64,000 nt of DNA, taken from IMG/VR virus record IMGVR_UViG_3300008954_002609, positions 40,468-104,467 of that record; one strand, given 5' to 3'. The notes below the pieces were generated by a model that worked only from the letters and a program-made list of their open reading frames with translations, was not told the DNA's origin and ran no database searches. Made by a program: the position numbers and the translations under genes. Shown piece by piece: positions 1-10,913 of the stretch (positions are counted from its first letter, which is position 1; each line of letters opens with the position of its first letter). Source of the DNA: a virus.

Positions 1-3000
1 TGATCTCCCGCTTCCCACTTGGCTGCTCCAGCTAAATATGTATTGGTTGAAGCACTCACCTTAAGGAAGTTTGCCAACAGAGACACATGCCTTATCCCTG
101 TACGCACAGTCTCGACCCTGGCACCGTCCATGCTGGTGTTGAGAGTATAGTCGGTGCCCGAAAATCCGCCTCGGTACCCTGATGTTGGCCAACGGGACTT
201 TTCATGAACCCCCCTAAATTCTAGAGTCACCTTGGCTCCACTAGAACTAGCCTTTATCCTAGGCTTTATACCACTGTGTGTATTTATTGTTTCCTTTATT
301 GCATCGGCAATACCTGCTTTGGTGTAACTAGACTGCGACAGGCAAACTGCTATAGTGGGTCTACCCGTGCCCCAAATCTGTGTCTCTCTTGTTACCTTCA
401 ATGCTTCCGTCTTAACGAAGACCAGAGAAAACTCGTGTTCCGTACCTGGACCGTTAAAGACAATTTCCATGTAGCTGTTTTCTACGCCACCTGTTGAATA
501 CGTGTTCCAGCTGTCGCCGTAAGTGGATTTATTCCAATAATTTTCTCTGTTAGCCTCTTCCACAGTTAAGCAATAGGTCCATGGAGTTTCTGGGAATTTT
601 CTAGCATACAAGGCTGAAGCACTTGGGTTGCCCCACCAAGTATTACTCCCAGACCTGAATAAACTATAAGAAGACATCAATTCGCCCTCTCCAAAGGTTC
701 CCGGAACATCAGTGCCTAGGCTTATCTCTTTCGAAGTCCCAAAATTCTCTTGTGCATCGAGGGGCCACATGCTGCTTGTGATTCCGATGTGTTCGCCCTG
801 TGAGTTTGGCTCTGAGACGCCTCTATCCGACCTCTTTGTCTTCCACCAATCTATAACAAAATTTTCTCTCTTTCTTGACTTGTTTGAATAAGAGTTAACA
901 TCTCTTGGGTATATCGTGACAGGATACACTGATTGCACTATATTTTTCGGCATCTTGGTGCTTAGTGCCTCTGACATATCGAATATTTGATCAATTTGTA
1001 AGAACCTTACCAATTCAGGGTTCGAGAATGTCACCAAATCATTCAAGTATGTGATCTTTCCTCCCGAAGCAATAGATCTACCTCCTGGTGTTCTAAGTAG
1101 GGCTGCTCTCATGGTGGTGAGTGCTACGGGAACGTTAGACGATTCATCGATAGAAGCAATTGCAGTGGTTGTAAGCGGCTTGGAGTAGGTGACCACTGAT
1201 TCGGTAAATCTGTACCTTTGTGAAGAGATTGTTCTGCTTGTTCTTGTTTTCGTGTGTTCGATATTTTCCGGCCAAGAATAATCTCCATCCGTAAAATAGG
1301 ATGGAGAGAAGGACATCATTTCGGGATCATCTCTCCTAACTGCAAGTGAAAATATATTTTCTTTTCTTAATTTTCTTGCAACAGGGTGGTCGCCTGCCCT
1401 TAATTGCTTCCATGTCGGGTACCCATGTATAGATCCTCTGTTTAGTAACATGTGATTGAGGGTGTGTGCCCTCAATCGAGCCTCGATTGAACTAGTGAGT
1501 AGACCACCACGGGAATCAATTGGTGCCAAGCCACCTAGCGTGTTGTTGCTTTGTGAGACATGCTCGTATATAATAGAATTCAGTCCGAGAAAGTCAGTTG
1601 GTATACCAGGGTCCGGGCGGTTAGTTAGTGCATGATCAACCCCGTAAGAGAGGAGCCTATTTGCATCGCTTGTTCTCAGACCCCTATCGCTCGCGGAAAG
1701 AAAAGTGGGGGACTCAAAGTCGACCGCATTTGCTTCATTCGTCTCAAATATTTTTTCGTTGGTCTGGGACTTTGGATAGGTAAAGTTCGATTCAAGTCTG
1801 TTATAACTACATGTTGTCTCTAAGGTCGAATTTCTAATCCATGCGTACCCGAGATCACTCTGTGGTATTTGATGTTGTACAAAATTGTTGTCATACTTTG
1901 GTCTGCATTCATGCCCAGACTCATCACTCGATGTTGCAACGTATCTGGGGTTTCCTTGCACCTTATGATAGGATGCTGTAGTTGTTGATGAAGTTATCGA
2001 ACTGTTATGCGTGGCACCAAATTGTCCCATCCTGTCAGTAGACCACTCATTTAGCGCCAGTCTTGCCATAAGGTTTCTATAATTTAGGGTATTATAAACC
2101 GAATATTGATTTGTTGCGACATCGAGACCAGGACCACCTAAACTATCGCCCGCTGTCTCGACTCCGCCAGGGGCAGAGAATCTGTTAACAAAGACATTCT
2201 TTCTTTTCGGTCTTTCATACTTCCTTCTTTCGTTAATCTCTACGAAGTATGGAGAATTAGTTGTTGTGCCAATAGGCTCATTCGACGCAGTGCGTATCAA
2301 GAACACTGGACTCATCTCCACTGATGTTCCCTGAACTATTTCATATTCGTGCTTGTAGTTGCCGATATTTAATACTGTGTCCTTTGCGTACTCACTTGCT
2401 GTAGTCTTTATATTTCTTATATTGACTGGCCTCTTTGCCAATGGCTCCCTAAGCACTCTGGACCTATTATGGGTACTAGAGGTCAAAGACACATGAAAAG
2501 TTCCCGGTGGCTCGTGATTCAATGCATACAAATTCGGGGAAGTAACGTACAACTGACCTTGAGACATTGTTAATGCAAACGCCTCGAATCGTCGACCCTT
2601 GTGGTCCAGGCTCATTGTTGTGTTTTGCAAGGCTGGGTCGGCTTGTGGTATCTTTGGTCTCATCATGTTCAGGTGCTGATGTCTGTGAGAGTGTCCACCC
2701 ACCCAATGTTCCGTAAATGGAGACTGAATAGGGATCTCCCTGTCGTCACCATAAGCATCTGAGTGGAGATTTGTTATGTCTATGCCCTTCTTAAAGTTAT
2801 CATAAATTTCAGCCTTGTAGTCAGTTGGCACATCTGTTGAGCTACTATACATACTAAAAGGGGCTATTGTATTAAGGTCAAAGTCAGCATTTGTGTTTGA
2901 TATGTCTGCTTTGCCTCCAAGCCTCTTCTTTTCAAAAACCTCTGATCCAATGCCGTTTCCATATCTTGGATGATAAACGTCTGTGCATTCTTTTCCAAAA

Positions 3001-6000
3001 TCAACATCGGACCCACTTATTCTAATAAAATCTTTCGCGCCAGGATTACTTGTCCCAAGAAAGAAATCCTTTTTCTTGTTTAGGTGAAAGTTGTCTCCAG
3101 CGTGCACAACAGGCTGAATTTCTGCCTTTAGTCTATATGGCTTTGTTAAGCTACGAAGAGTATAACTGGTACCTGAAACCTCAGTGTAAATTGTCCTTCT
3201 TAGCGTTTCTCTCTCGGCGTCTGTTGCAGATATACCAGATGATAAAGAAGTTTCTTTTCTCCCTGCTCTCTCTGACCACCACAAACAATTCTCAGTCTGC
3301 AAGGCACTGCCAGAAGGCTTGTATATGCCGGTATGCTTGAGTAGTGGAGCGTGACCAAACTTCCAGTTATACACTAGTTCATTTATTGATTTAATTTGAC
3401 CAGGTTCTGGCTCTGCTTGCTTCCCCTCCAAAGTAGGGAACTTAGCCCAGTACTTGTTTCTTTCGAGAACATGACTCTCTATCATATTCCTTATATCTTC
3501 GGAAAAATCTGCAGATGCTGGCTTCAACTGGTCTAGCATTGAAGACAGTGCCGAGTCTATCCACTTATAAAACTCAACGTACTTCTCTATGTCTGGAGTA
3601 TTCTCTATTCTGTCAAAAAAGAGTTGCCTTAGCTTCTCCATTGACTTATAGTTTGGTCTGTATCTATTTACGGGCTCTCCGATTAAATTACTAAAGTCCT
3701 TTATTGTTGCAAACATATCTAACATCTCTTGAGATATTGCCTGATACATGCTCTTTTCTATTGAAAAGTTATAATTTATCGGTTTAGAGTCTCTGGTAAA
3801 TGTCTGTTCATCTCTAGACAGGACCCTAACCATATTCGAGCTTTGCACGTTTTCTGGTATGTTTTGTCGGGACATCTCCAGGAAAGCAACCGTCACACTG
3901 GAAGTGGAGTTTGATTGAAAGAAATCTCCGCGACCAGGGTGGTTTGTTGCCACCACGTCACCTGCCCAGCCATAATCCCTCTTGTTTTTGAAAGAGCCAG
4001 ATGTTATGTCGTCTATTATAAATTGACCACCTGTCGAAGAGCCTGTAACCGTAGTAAAATCCCAATTCAACGCAAGAGTGTCGATTGATGGGACGGGATT
4101 GTCCAATCCTGGCATAAAAGTGTACGCATTCCTCATTGGGTGAGGCACACCGTAAGCCTTTGGATCTATCGAGTGAGCTTTAATAGTCTCGTTATCTAGA
4201 TAAGATAACCAATGACGCAAAGAAGAAACATGAACGTCCGACAAAGTCTTTGTGGAGCCTGCAAAGTCTGTTCTGTGGGCTCCGGCGTACAATCTTTTAG
4301 AATATTGGTGGAACCTTTGACCTTGGGCGTTAGTTAAGGAGGATGTTAGATAAAATTTATCCTTTACCTCTCCTGCGTCTGTTCTAATTCCGTAGTACTC
4401 TATTTGATAAGAATTCGTAGATCCAGAAATCGTGTTACCAAACGTTCCCTTCGGTGCAACTCTAACTGCGAAATTCCACTTTGTTCCGTCATACACGTCA
4501 TAGAATACCGGGGATTCCATTGCGGATACTATCCCAGAGGTAGACCTTATGACAAATTTTGCATTTCTAGAGTGTCGTTCGTCCTTTACAGCATAGGTCT
4601 CGAAATTCGCAAAGTCTTTTGCGCTGGCTGGCCAAGCCAAATCAGTCCCTGCTCCTTTGACAGTGTGTGCACCAAACAAGGAGCTTGATACGTTGGTGGA
4701 GATGAACCCAGGCTCGCCAGGGCGGTGTACCTTCGGAAAAACAACCTCTGCTTCCGTCGTGAAAGATAAGCCAACAGAGGAATCATTTCCGTGAGCACCA
4801 GTAATATATCCAGAAACAGGAAATTCTGAAGATTTGTTGCCCCTCCCAAGACTGGAACTATACTGATATATGGTTGCAGAATGATTATGAGGGTGATAGA
4901 AATTTATACACCTTGTCTTAAGGCTTGATACACGATAATTTTGCTCTACAGGATAATCTACTCCGTCGGCATACATGTTTATCTTTACAATCTCTTCATC
5001 TATTCCGTAACACCTTAACAGATTTCTGAATGCCTTCTCCGTGCCTTTGGATTTATAAATGTGGACAAGATTGTTATAAATGTTTTGATATATTACATTT
5101 TTTACATCTTCTAATCTCTGTTCATAATTTCTCTTTTCATCTCGTGAGGCGAATGCGGATAGCACATCTGCTTCTATGAAGATCTCCGGCGTTTCAAAAC
5201 CAGCAGATCTTAGCATGGTATCCATGAAAGGGAGTGGCTTGTTACCATAATCTTGGTTTCTAAGGTGCTTTAAACTTGCTAAGTGCTGTATTTGCAGGAA
5301 CAATTCATCAAAGTACGAGCCCATTATTTGGGTAAGCTTTCTTAATTCTCCATTGTCATCCTCTTCCAGAATCCACCCAGGTACAGAGTGATATATTGCA
5401 GCGTTGTTTGAGACGTCATACGTTTTTCCCAATTCCCTCACATCATCCAAGTACTTGTTGAGCTTGGGGTTCTCCACATGTATTATTGGTTCCGCGAACT
5501 CCGTTGCCGAAGCCGAAGATTGGATTATTGCTGACTTGATACTTCTTGCTCCGGAGGCATAGCCAACCCAGTTTCCGTTAGATACTCGACCCGAATAATC
5601 CAGAACAACCTTGTCTATACTGCTTGTTAGGGTTATCCCCTCATTAAACTTATAATAGATGCCCAAATCAACATTTGGATCTTCAACGTTCGACCCACCA
5701 TCAACCTGAGCGAACCAATTGCGCCCAATGTCCTTGGATGACCTTTTCGTCTTCCAAAACCTAAACTCGTCCAATGAGCCAGATAGCTTACCAAATCCCA
5801 AACCAGGATTCAAAGAAGAATCCGAATCGTTCAAATCTGTCCCACTTGCGTCTTTTGCTGCAACAAGTGATCCGATGTTTGCCACCAGCGTGGTGTTCAA
5901 GCCACCTACGGATGAACCAGTGAGGAGCTGATGATTCAGGTCTCCGTCCACATACATTCTGTAGTTGACCTGGCTTCCAGTATTCTGGAAGGCAAATGCG

Positions 6001-6764
6001 TAGTGGTGCCATTCTCCGTCTGATGCACTAGCGTAAAGACCAGCTGCACCTGAGACTATTAGATTCTTGAAGCCTGTTGATCCTGACCTGTAAGTGACTA
6101 CCCACGGAGAGTTCTCCGTGGAAAGAGAACTGTCAAGCTCTATTGTTAGACGACCATATTTATGATCACCAGGTGTAGAACCCGATGTCCAAGCATCAAA
6201 GAGAACTTCTCTCTTTGTCAGAGACTGGTATGCGTCCTTCTTTAACCAAAATTCTACCGTGTTGCCGCGGCCGCCGTTAATGGTTAAATTCGATGTTCTA
6301 TTGCTTGCCGTGCTCCACACGTTGTCAATATTAGGTCCGCCCTTTATGTAGACATATTCTTTTGTAGCGGGATTTCCATAGCTTCCTGATGTTGATACTC
6401 TAGATCCCCAGCCTGAAGGTGAAAACTTTATATAACCGTGAGTTCTCGGGTATTCGTTCTCAAGTAAATAAAGATCAAGACCAGGAGAGTCGTTCACCCA
6501 TTTTATTTTTTCAAACGAAGAGCCATCATACGGATATTGTTCGTAAATTCTCTTTACGGCTGATTCATAGTATTCTTCCGCTAAACCAAACTTCGCAAAG
6601 TTGGAAGCGGTGGAATAGTTCACATGAGGTTTGAATTTTATCTTTCTCTTTACATACTCATCAATGTATTGACCGGATTCGATATCCTCAGTCAGATTAT
6701 TGATCGTCGTTCCTGGCAGCATTTGCAAGGATTTTGTTTTGCTAAAAAGATTTTTTAAACTCAT
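1..6764 (-). CDS. Very large baseplate wedge/structural protein (>2250 aa, 3'-truncated by window) with LamG/ConA-like domain and T4 gp7/P2 gpI-like motif
   Basis: Missing from the ORF track because no stop lies inside the window. ATG at 6764 abuts the stop of the upstream gene. Hand translation: MSLKNLFSKTKSLQMLPG...TVEFWLKK...DGEWHHYAF...MYVDG...SGSLDEFRFWK (LamG-like), then YNNLVHIYKSKGTEKAFRNLLRCYGI (wedge-type KGT motif). Frame still open at nt 3-59 (VSASTNTYLAGAAKWEAGD). Confidence 0.8.
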   Translation of the reverse strand, partial: MSLKNLFSKTKSLQMLPGTTINNLTEDIESGQYIDEYVKRKIKFKPHVNYSTASNFAKFGLAEEYYESAVKRIYEQYPYDGSSFEKIKWVNDSPGLDLYLLENEYPRTHGYIKFSPSGWGSRVSTSGSYGNPATKEYVYIKGGPNIDNVWSTASNRTSNLTINGGRGNTVEFWLKKDAYQSLTKREVLFDAWTSGSTPGDHKYGRLTIELDSSLSTENSPWVVTYRSGSTGFKNLIVSGAAGLYASASDGEWHHYAFAFQNTGSQVNYRMYVDGDLNHQLLTGSSVGGLNTTLVANIGSLVAAKDASGTDLNDSDSSLNPGLGFGKLSGSLDEFRFWKTKRSSKDIGRNWFAQVDGGSNVEDPNVDLGIYYKFNEGITLTSSIDKVVLDYSGRVSNGNWVGYASGARSIKSAIIQSSASATEFAEPIIHVENPKLNKYLDDVRELGKTYDVSNNAAIYHSVPGWILEEDDNGELRKLTQIMGSYFDELFLQIQHLASLKHLRNQDYGNKPLPFMDTMLRSAGFETPEIFIEADVLSAFASRDEKRNYEQRLEDVKNVIYQNIYNNLVHIYKSKGTEKAFRNLLRCYGIDEEIVKINMYADGVDYPVEQNYRVSSLKTRCINFYHPHNHSATIYQYSSSLGRGNKSSEFPVSGYITGAHGNDSSVGLSFTTEAEVVFPKVHRPGEPGFISTNVSSSLFGAHTVKGAGTDLAWPASAKDFANFETYAVKDERHSRNAKFVIRSTSGIVSAMESPVFYDVYDGTKWNFAVRVAPKGTFGNTISGSTNSYQIEYYGIRTDAGEVKDKFYLTSSLTNAQGQRFHQYSKRLYAGAHRTDFAGSTKTLSDVHVSSLRHWLSYLDNETIKAHSIDPKAYGVPHPMRNAYTFMPGLDNPVPSIDTLALNWDFTTVTGSSTGGQFIIDDITSGSFKNKRDYGWAGDVVATNHPGRGDFFQSNSTSSVTVAFLEMSRQNIPENVQSSNMVRVLSRDEQTFTRDSKPINYNFSIEKSMYQAISQEMLDMFATIKDFSNLIGEPVNRYRPNYKSMEKLRQLFFDRIENTPDIEKYVEFYKWIDSALSSMLDQLKPASADFSEDIRNMIESHVLERNKYWAKFPTLEGKQAEPEPGQIKSINELVYNWKFGHAPLLKHTGIYKPSGSALQTENCLWWSERAGRKETSLSSGISATDAERETLRRTIYTEVSGTSYTLRSLTKPYRLKAEIQPVVHAGDNFHLNKKKDFFLGTSNPGAKDFIRISGSDVDFGKECTDVYHPRYGNGIGSEVFEKKRLGGKADISNTNADFDLNTIAPFSMYSSSTDVPTDYKAEIYDNFKKGIDITNLHSDAYGDDREIPIQSPFTEHWVGGHSHRHQHLNMMRPKIPQADPALQNTTMSLDHKGRRFEAFALTMSQGQLYVTSPNLYALNHEPPGTFHVSLTSSTHNRSRVLREPLAKRPVNIRNIKTTASEYAKDTVLNIGNYKHEYEIVQGTSVEMSPVFLIRTASNEPIGTTTNSPYFVEINERRKYERPKRKNVFVNRFSAPGGVETAGDSLGGPGLDVATNQYSVYNTLNYRNLMARLALNEWSTDRMGQFGATHNSSITSSTTTASYHKVQGNPRYVATSSDESGHECRPKYDNNFVQHQIPQSDLGYAWIRNSTLETTCSYNRLESNFTYPKSQTNEKIFETNEANAVDFESPTFLSASDRGLRTSDANRLLSYGVDHALTNRPDPGIPTDFLGLNSIIYEHVSQSNNTLGGLAPIDSRGGLLTSSIEARLRAHTLNHMLLNRGSIHGYPTWKQLRAGDHPVARKLRKENIFSLAVRRDDPEMMSFSPSYFTDGDYSWPENIEHTKTRTSRTISSQRYRFTESVVTYSKPLTTTAIASIDESSNVPVALTTMRAALLRTPGGRSIASGGKITYLNDLVTFSNPELVRFLQIDQIFDMSEALSTKMPKNIVQSVYPVTIYPRDVNSYSNKSRKRENFVIDWWKTKRSDRGVSEPNSQGEHIGITSSMWPLDAQENFGTSKEISLGTDVPGTFGEGELMSSYSLFRSGSNTWWGNPSASALYARKFPETPWTYCLTVEEANRENYWNKSTYGDSWNTYSTGGVENSYMEIVFNGPGTEHEFSLVFVKTEALKVTRETQIWGTGRPTIAVCLSQSSYTKAGIADAIKETINTHSGIKPRIKASSSGAKVTLEFRGVHEKSRWPTSGYRGGFSGTDYTLNTSMDGARVETVRTGIRHVSLLANFLKVSASTNTYLAGAAKWEAGD

Positions 6765-8705
6765 TTACTTTTCTACTCTAAACTTAAAAACCTTATCTTG
6801 CACAACGTGTCTACCCTCCAGATCATAAGCAAACTGAATACCATATGAGTAGCCAGATTCGAACAGAGACATGTTAAGGTCAAAGTAATTCCCCTTCTTA
6901 TCATACGATAACTTCGTATATTTTGTCTGCTGACCGGCAGAACCCGTCCCAAATGGTACCACGTCTAGCCGATCAATTATCCTATAAATTCGATAATATC
7001 CTTCTTTTACTATTGAAGGAGAAGTCTCGGCTGTCGCAACATTGTAAATATTTGGTTGCCAATTCCTCTCTCTAATAAAAACCCTGAATCTAACTTTGTC
7101 ACTTTGTGAGTATGATTCTTTAAAATTGCTTATACTAGTGACATAACCTTGGATACCTGGGTTATAATCATACGCATTGTGTTTCTTTACCTTAAATACT
7201 GAACCAGTCACCAACTGTATCCCTTGAGATACTCCTGTCGGCTTACTCCAGACGTCGAATATTTCGCTTTCAGATCCTGTAAATGCAAAAGAAGCAGAAT
7301 AAATGCCAGTACTGACCCAGCCTCCGGTTACAACTGTGGCACCATCGACGGTTACGCCACCTCCTATTGGCAACGTTTTCGCCTTTATAGCTGTATTTTT
7401 TACGTTACCTGATGGAAATAACTGTAGGTTTATTTGTGTATACGCGCTGTTGCTGCCAGAATTTCCGCCTAAGACTGGAATGTTCTTTAATTTTCCATTT
7501 ACGATATTGTATAAATATAGAGTATTTAAATTGTCTTCACCTGTTAGAAGCGAGCTACTAAGATGAAAGTCTCCCCTGTCGTCACCTATTGAGTCATCCC
7601 AGCGGGCTTCAATGAGCGGTCTCTTATAGAAATACTCAGACCCTCTTGCGAAAAATTTCTTAGTATAATAGGACCTGTTGTATCCTCCATTCTCATACGA
7701 CCCAGACATCTTAAGCATGATACCATAGTTCTCTCTATCGGGGTCCACCGTTGATTCAGCTTCTATCCATTCTTCCACCAAGGCGGTTACATTTAATTCT
7801 AAGTCTTCTGTACCTTTTTCAAAATACTTGGAATAGTTTGGCAAATTACGGCCGGCAGTGTATCCAACTTCATGATAATCACCGCCCTCGGTGGACCATC
7901 GGATTTTACCACCGTGCTGAACCGTAGTAACAGTCAGGTGGCTAGTAGATATGTTTCCCTGGAATGATCCAGAAACTCCTGCTGATCCCGTTGTTGTGAT
8001 CCTAACTGTTGCCCCTGCTGAATCATCCGTATCGTCATAAGACACAGATGCAGATAGTCCCGTTTCGTATGTTCTGATGGATCCGCTCAATATATTAGCC
8101 ATCTGTTTGACTGTGCTTATACTGCCAGTGAACGGAACCGTAATCTCTACTCCAGGCAAAGCTGCTGTGATTGCGTCGGAATCTGTTTGAAAAACAAAAT
8201 TAAACCTTTTGTTATCCGCGTTATAAATAGTAAAATATTCGTTCTTGAGGTTTCCTTTTGTGGTTGTTATAAACTTTACGTCTGTTATGTTCTGCTGTAG
8301 CGTGTTTGAAGCCATAATCCAACTAGCTTCGTCATTGTCCGTGTACTCTTCCATATCAAGACCCTGTCCCTCGTCCCAGGACCTAGAAACAGGAAGAACA
8401 TGCAAATTGAATTTCTTAGGTAGGCTGTCACCGTGAGGACAATTAAACATTCTTAAGAAAAACCTTACAGACCCAGACTCAGGTATATCTCCGTTTGTTC
8501 GATCCGTGGTGATAGTATCTACAGGAAACTTAACCAACGCTCTTGCTTTTTCTAGAGACGAAGTTGTCGATTGTCCATATATGGAAAAGACTTCTAAAAT
8601 ATCTGACTCACCCATATTTGACCCAGTAGCCCTCGTGGATAAGTCGTTCTTAAATGCGTTTGTAATGGTTGTGTCTGCGTTTGCAGTATATCTCTTTATA
8701 GCCAT
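6765..8705 (-). CDS. Virion structural protein, DNRLRE-like beta-sandwich domain
   Basis: 646 aa; N-terminal ADTTI..N.G...LEV...RALVKF and W.E/NYGIMLK pattern of DNRLRE-type domains; lies between baseplate genes; rich in SGS/TGS. Confidence 0.6.
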   Translation of the reverse strand: MAIKRYTANADTTITNAFKNDLSTRATGSNMGESDILEVFSIYGQSTTSSLEKARALVKFPVDTITTDRTNGDIPESGSVRFFLRMFNCPHGDSLPKKFNLHVLPVSRSWDEGQGLDMEEYTDNDEASWIMASNTLQQNITDVKFITTTKGNLKNEYFTIYNADNKRFNFVFQTDSDAITAALPGVEITVPFTGSISTVKQMANILSGSIRTYETGLSASVSYDDTDDSAGATVRITTTGSAGVSGSFQGNISTSHLTVTTVQHGGKIRWSTEGGDYHEVGYTAGRNLPNYSKYFEKGTEDLELNVTALVEEWIEAESTVDPDRENYGIMLKMSGSYENGGYNRSYYTKKFFARGSEYFYKRPLIEARWDDSIGDDRGDFHLSSSLLTGEDNLNTLYLYNIVNGKLKNIPVLGGNSGSNSAYTQINLQLFPSGNVKNTAIKAKTLPIGGGVTVDGATVVTGGWVSTGIYSASFAFTGSESEIFDVWSKPTGVSQGIQLVTGSVFKVKKHNAYDYNPGIQGYVTSISNFKESYSQSDKVRFRVFIRERNWQPNIYNVATAETSPSIVKEGYYRIYRIIDRLDVVPFGTGSAGQQTKYTKLSYDKKGNYFDLNMSLFESGYSYGIQFAYDLEGRHVVQDKVFKFRVEK

Positions 8706-10495
8706 TAGACAATTCTACCTTCTATATCAATTTGTGGATATTTCATTTCCAAGATAGCAGTGCTTGGAGGAGTTATGACGCGACCACCTTCAGATGAATT
8801 ACTCTTTATACTGAAAAGGATCTCAGAATATGGTGCGCCTGCTTTATTGAATATTTCAACATTTGCAACGTCAACCACTGCTGGAACATCTTTAAGAGCC
8901 TTGAATATGTCTGATACAGTGATCGGTTCGCCTATTTCTCTTACCTCTGTAGTAATTTCCTCTACCACCAACTGAGACTCTCTCAGTGCTTGGTGTCGGT
9001 TCGCGTTTTCGTCTATCACTATGTCGTATCTTACCCCGTAGTTTATAATTCTTGCATCTAGAATGTCAATAGTGTCGTTTATCATTCTAGCACTATTGAG
9101 CCAAGTTCTTAAATTTCTCTTTATTGTTGAGTTAGCCCTGGTTAGAGTTCCGTCGGGAGCCTCAGACAAGACATACAAGTTAAGATTCCTTTTGAAAGAA
9201 TCTCTATCTTTTTGAATGGTGCATCTCTTTATGGCTCCAAAATTAGCCGGCATGGCATAAGTCATGCTCACGTAGTCCTGTTTTGTTACTGCTCTGTTTT
9301 GTGCCGCGAAATTAGCCATGGCGCGGAGCTTGACCTCCTCTACGTTGGGTAGAGAAACATCTCCAATAATGGGCTCCGAGTTTGAAACTTCCAGGCTGCT
9401 TGCTATGAATCTTCTGGTTGATCTATCCAAATTTAATACGTCAACAAAGTCCATAATCGGAGAGGTAACTCTCACTATCCTGTTGGCTCCAGCGTTGACG
9501 CTCTCTGCTGTATTCGCCCTGTATACTATTCTTAACATAGTATTCGCTGGGGCGACTCCAAACTTATCTGTAGATGTTAACTTAACTGGATCGAAGTTTG
9601 TATCTGATATAAAGTTTTTACCGTGCCTCTTAAGTGTGATGTTCGCAGGATCAGCCACCGAACCTGAAACTAATTCTGTTTCTGATCCGTATCCAAATTG
9701 CAGGGAAGTCATTGTGTCAATGTGAGTGACGCTGAACCTCCTAGGGACAGACATTGCTTTTAATAAATTTGGCACAGAATCATTCTTAGCATTACTGTTG
9801 GTCACAGGCTTGAACACCGTATCTTGTGATAAATGCTCCACTTCATGATAAATATGACCTTCTGAGTCAGATACCGATATCACTTCTGTTATATTTGTAT
9901 CTGGAATATCGATCGAGAGGAACCTCTGGAAATCTCCAACTTCGACTGTGTGGACCCTATTTTCTCCGGACATTACTCGCCCTTCGGACTTCACAGCATA
10001 ATAAGTAGGTGCGCCGGTTTCCTCGTTGACCCTTGCAACAACAACCTCGTTTGATGATTCTGCGAAAGATATATCGTCCATCAGTGAATACGGCATACCA
10101 CGCTCTGTCTCAACCCGCGTGCCCGTTCTAAGAATCGGGGCGTATCTCAGGTCTGGTCCCCCATCTGAAGCCGCTGGGACTAGCGCGTAAAATTGACACA
10201 TCCCATACGAAGCAGGGGATTTGTTTAATTTATATCCCAAGAACTGGGACAGCTTTAGAACATTTGTATACTCCCCGGCTGTTGCAAAAAAAGACTCATT
10301 TGCCTGATAGTCTAAATAAAACGATAGCATATCTCCAACATACGCCACCGTGTCTATCATCAGAGAACCAAAAGAAGCTTCACTGAAATCCTTAAATGTA
10401 TCCGGATAATACCTCTTTGTGTGTTGTAGTAGGGACCTTCTTATACTCGTAAAGTCTCTACTTGTGTAATCAATGGGTATATTCTTCTTTGGCAT
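8705..10495 (-). CDS. Baseplate wedge subunit (T4 gp6 / baseplate J-like)
   Basis: IDYTSRDFTSIR, DMLSFYLDYQANESF, LQFGYG and AQNRAVTKQDY motifs; adjacent to gp25. Confidence 0.9.
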   Translation of the reverse strand: MPKKNIPIDYTSRDFTSIRRSLLQHTKRYYPDTFKDFSEASFGSLMIDTVAYVGDMLSFYLDYQANESFFATAGEYTNVLKLSQFLGYKLNKSPASYGMCQFYALVPAASDGGPDLRYAPILRTGTRVETERGMPYSLMDDISFAESSNEVVVARVNEETGAPTYYAVKSEGRVMSGENRVHTVEVGDFQRFLSIDIPDTNITEVISVSDSEGHIYHEVEHLSQDTVFKPVTNSNAKNDSVPNLLKAMSVPRRFSVTHIDTMTSLQFGYGSETELVSGSVADPANITLKRHGKNFISDTNFDPVKLTSTDKFGVAPANTMLRIVYRANTAESVNAGANRIVRVTSPIMDFVDVLNLDRSTRRFIASSLEVSNSEPIIGDVSLPNVEEVKLRAMANFAAQNRAVTKQDYVSMTYAMPANFGAIKRCTIQKDRDSFKRNLNLYVLSEAPDGTLTRANSTIKRNLRTWLNSARMINDTIDILDARIINYGVRYDIVIDENANRHQALRESQLVVEEITTEVREIGEPITVSDIFKALKDVPAVVDVANVEIFNKAGAPYSEILFSIKSNSSEGGRVITPPSTAILEMKYPQIDIEGRIV

Positions 10496-10513
10496 GTATA
10501 CTCCCTCTCCTTA

Positions 10514-10909
10514 TTAAATAGTCTGCGATGTACTTATTTCAAGAATATCATCTGTCTGGAGACCGTCAATCGTATACAACAATTGTATTGATATTGGGAC
10601 CCCCGATGACATGTAAAGCCCTTGTTCTGGTGCCTTTATTGCTATGTTCTTTATTTTCACGAATGGCATATATCTCTTTATCTGTTGGGTGATCTTACCT
10701 CTTATATCATCGTAGGTGAACTCGTTAGCTAATTCGAAAAGATACCTTCTCAAACCAACGCCGAAAAGAGGATCCATGACTCTCTCTCCAGGGGAAGTCA
10801 ATATAAGCATTTTTAAATTTTGTTTCACGGCGGCATACACCGTTTTATTCATGACGTAGCCGTCTTGGGCATCTATCTGTAACGGCAATTTTACTGAAAC
10901 TGAAGGCAT
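10514..10909 (-). CDS. Baseplate wedge subunit gp25-like (GPW/gp25 family)
   Basis: VKQNLKMLILTSPGERVMDPLFGVGLRRYLFE signature. Confidence 0.92.
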   Translation of the reverse strand: MPSVSVKLPLQIDAQDGYVMNKTVYAAVKQNLKMLILTSPGERVMDPLFGVGLRRYLFELANEFTYDDIRGKITQQIKRYMPFVKIKNIAIKAPEQGLYMSSGVPISIQLLYTIDGLQTDDILEISTSQTI

Positions 10910-10913
10910 TATT

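Noticed and set aside
1-6764. Apparent gene-poor region in the ORF track
   Set aside because: It is one continuous minus-strand CDS whose stop lies outside the window.
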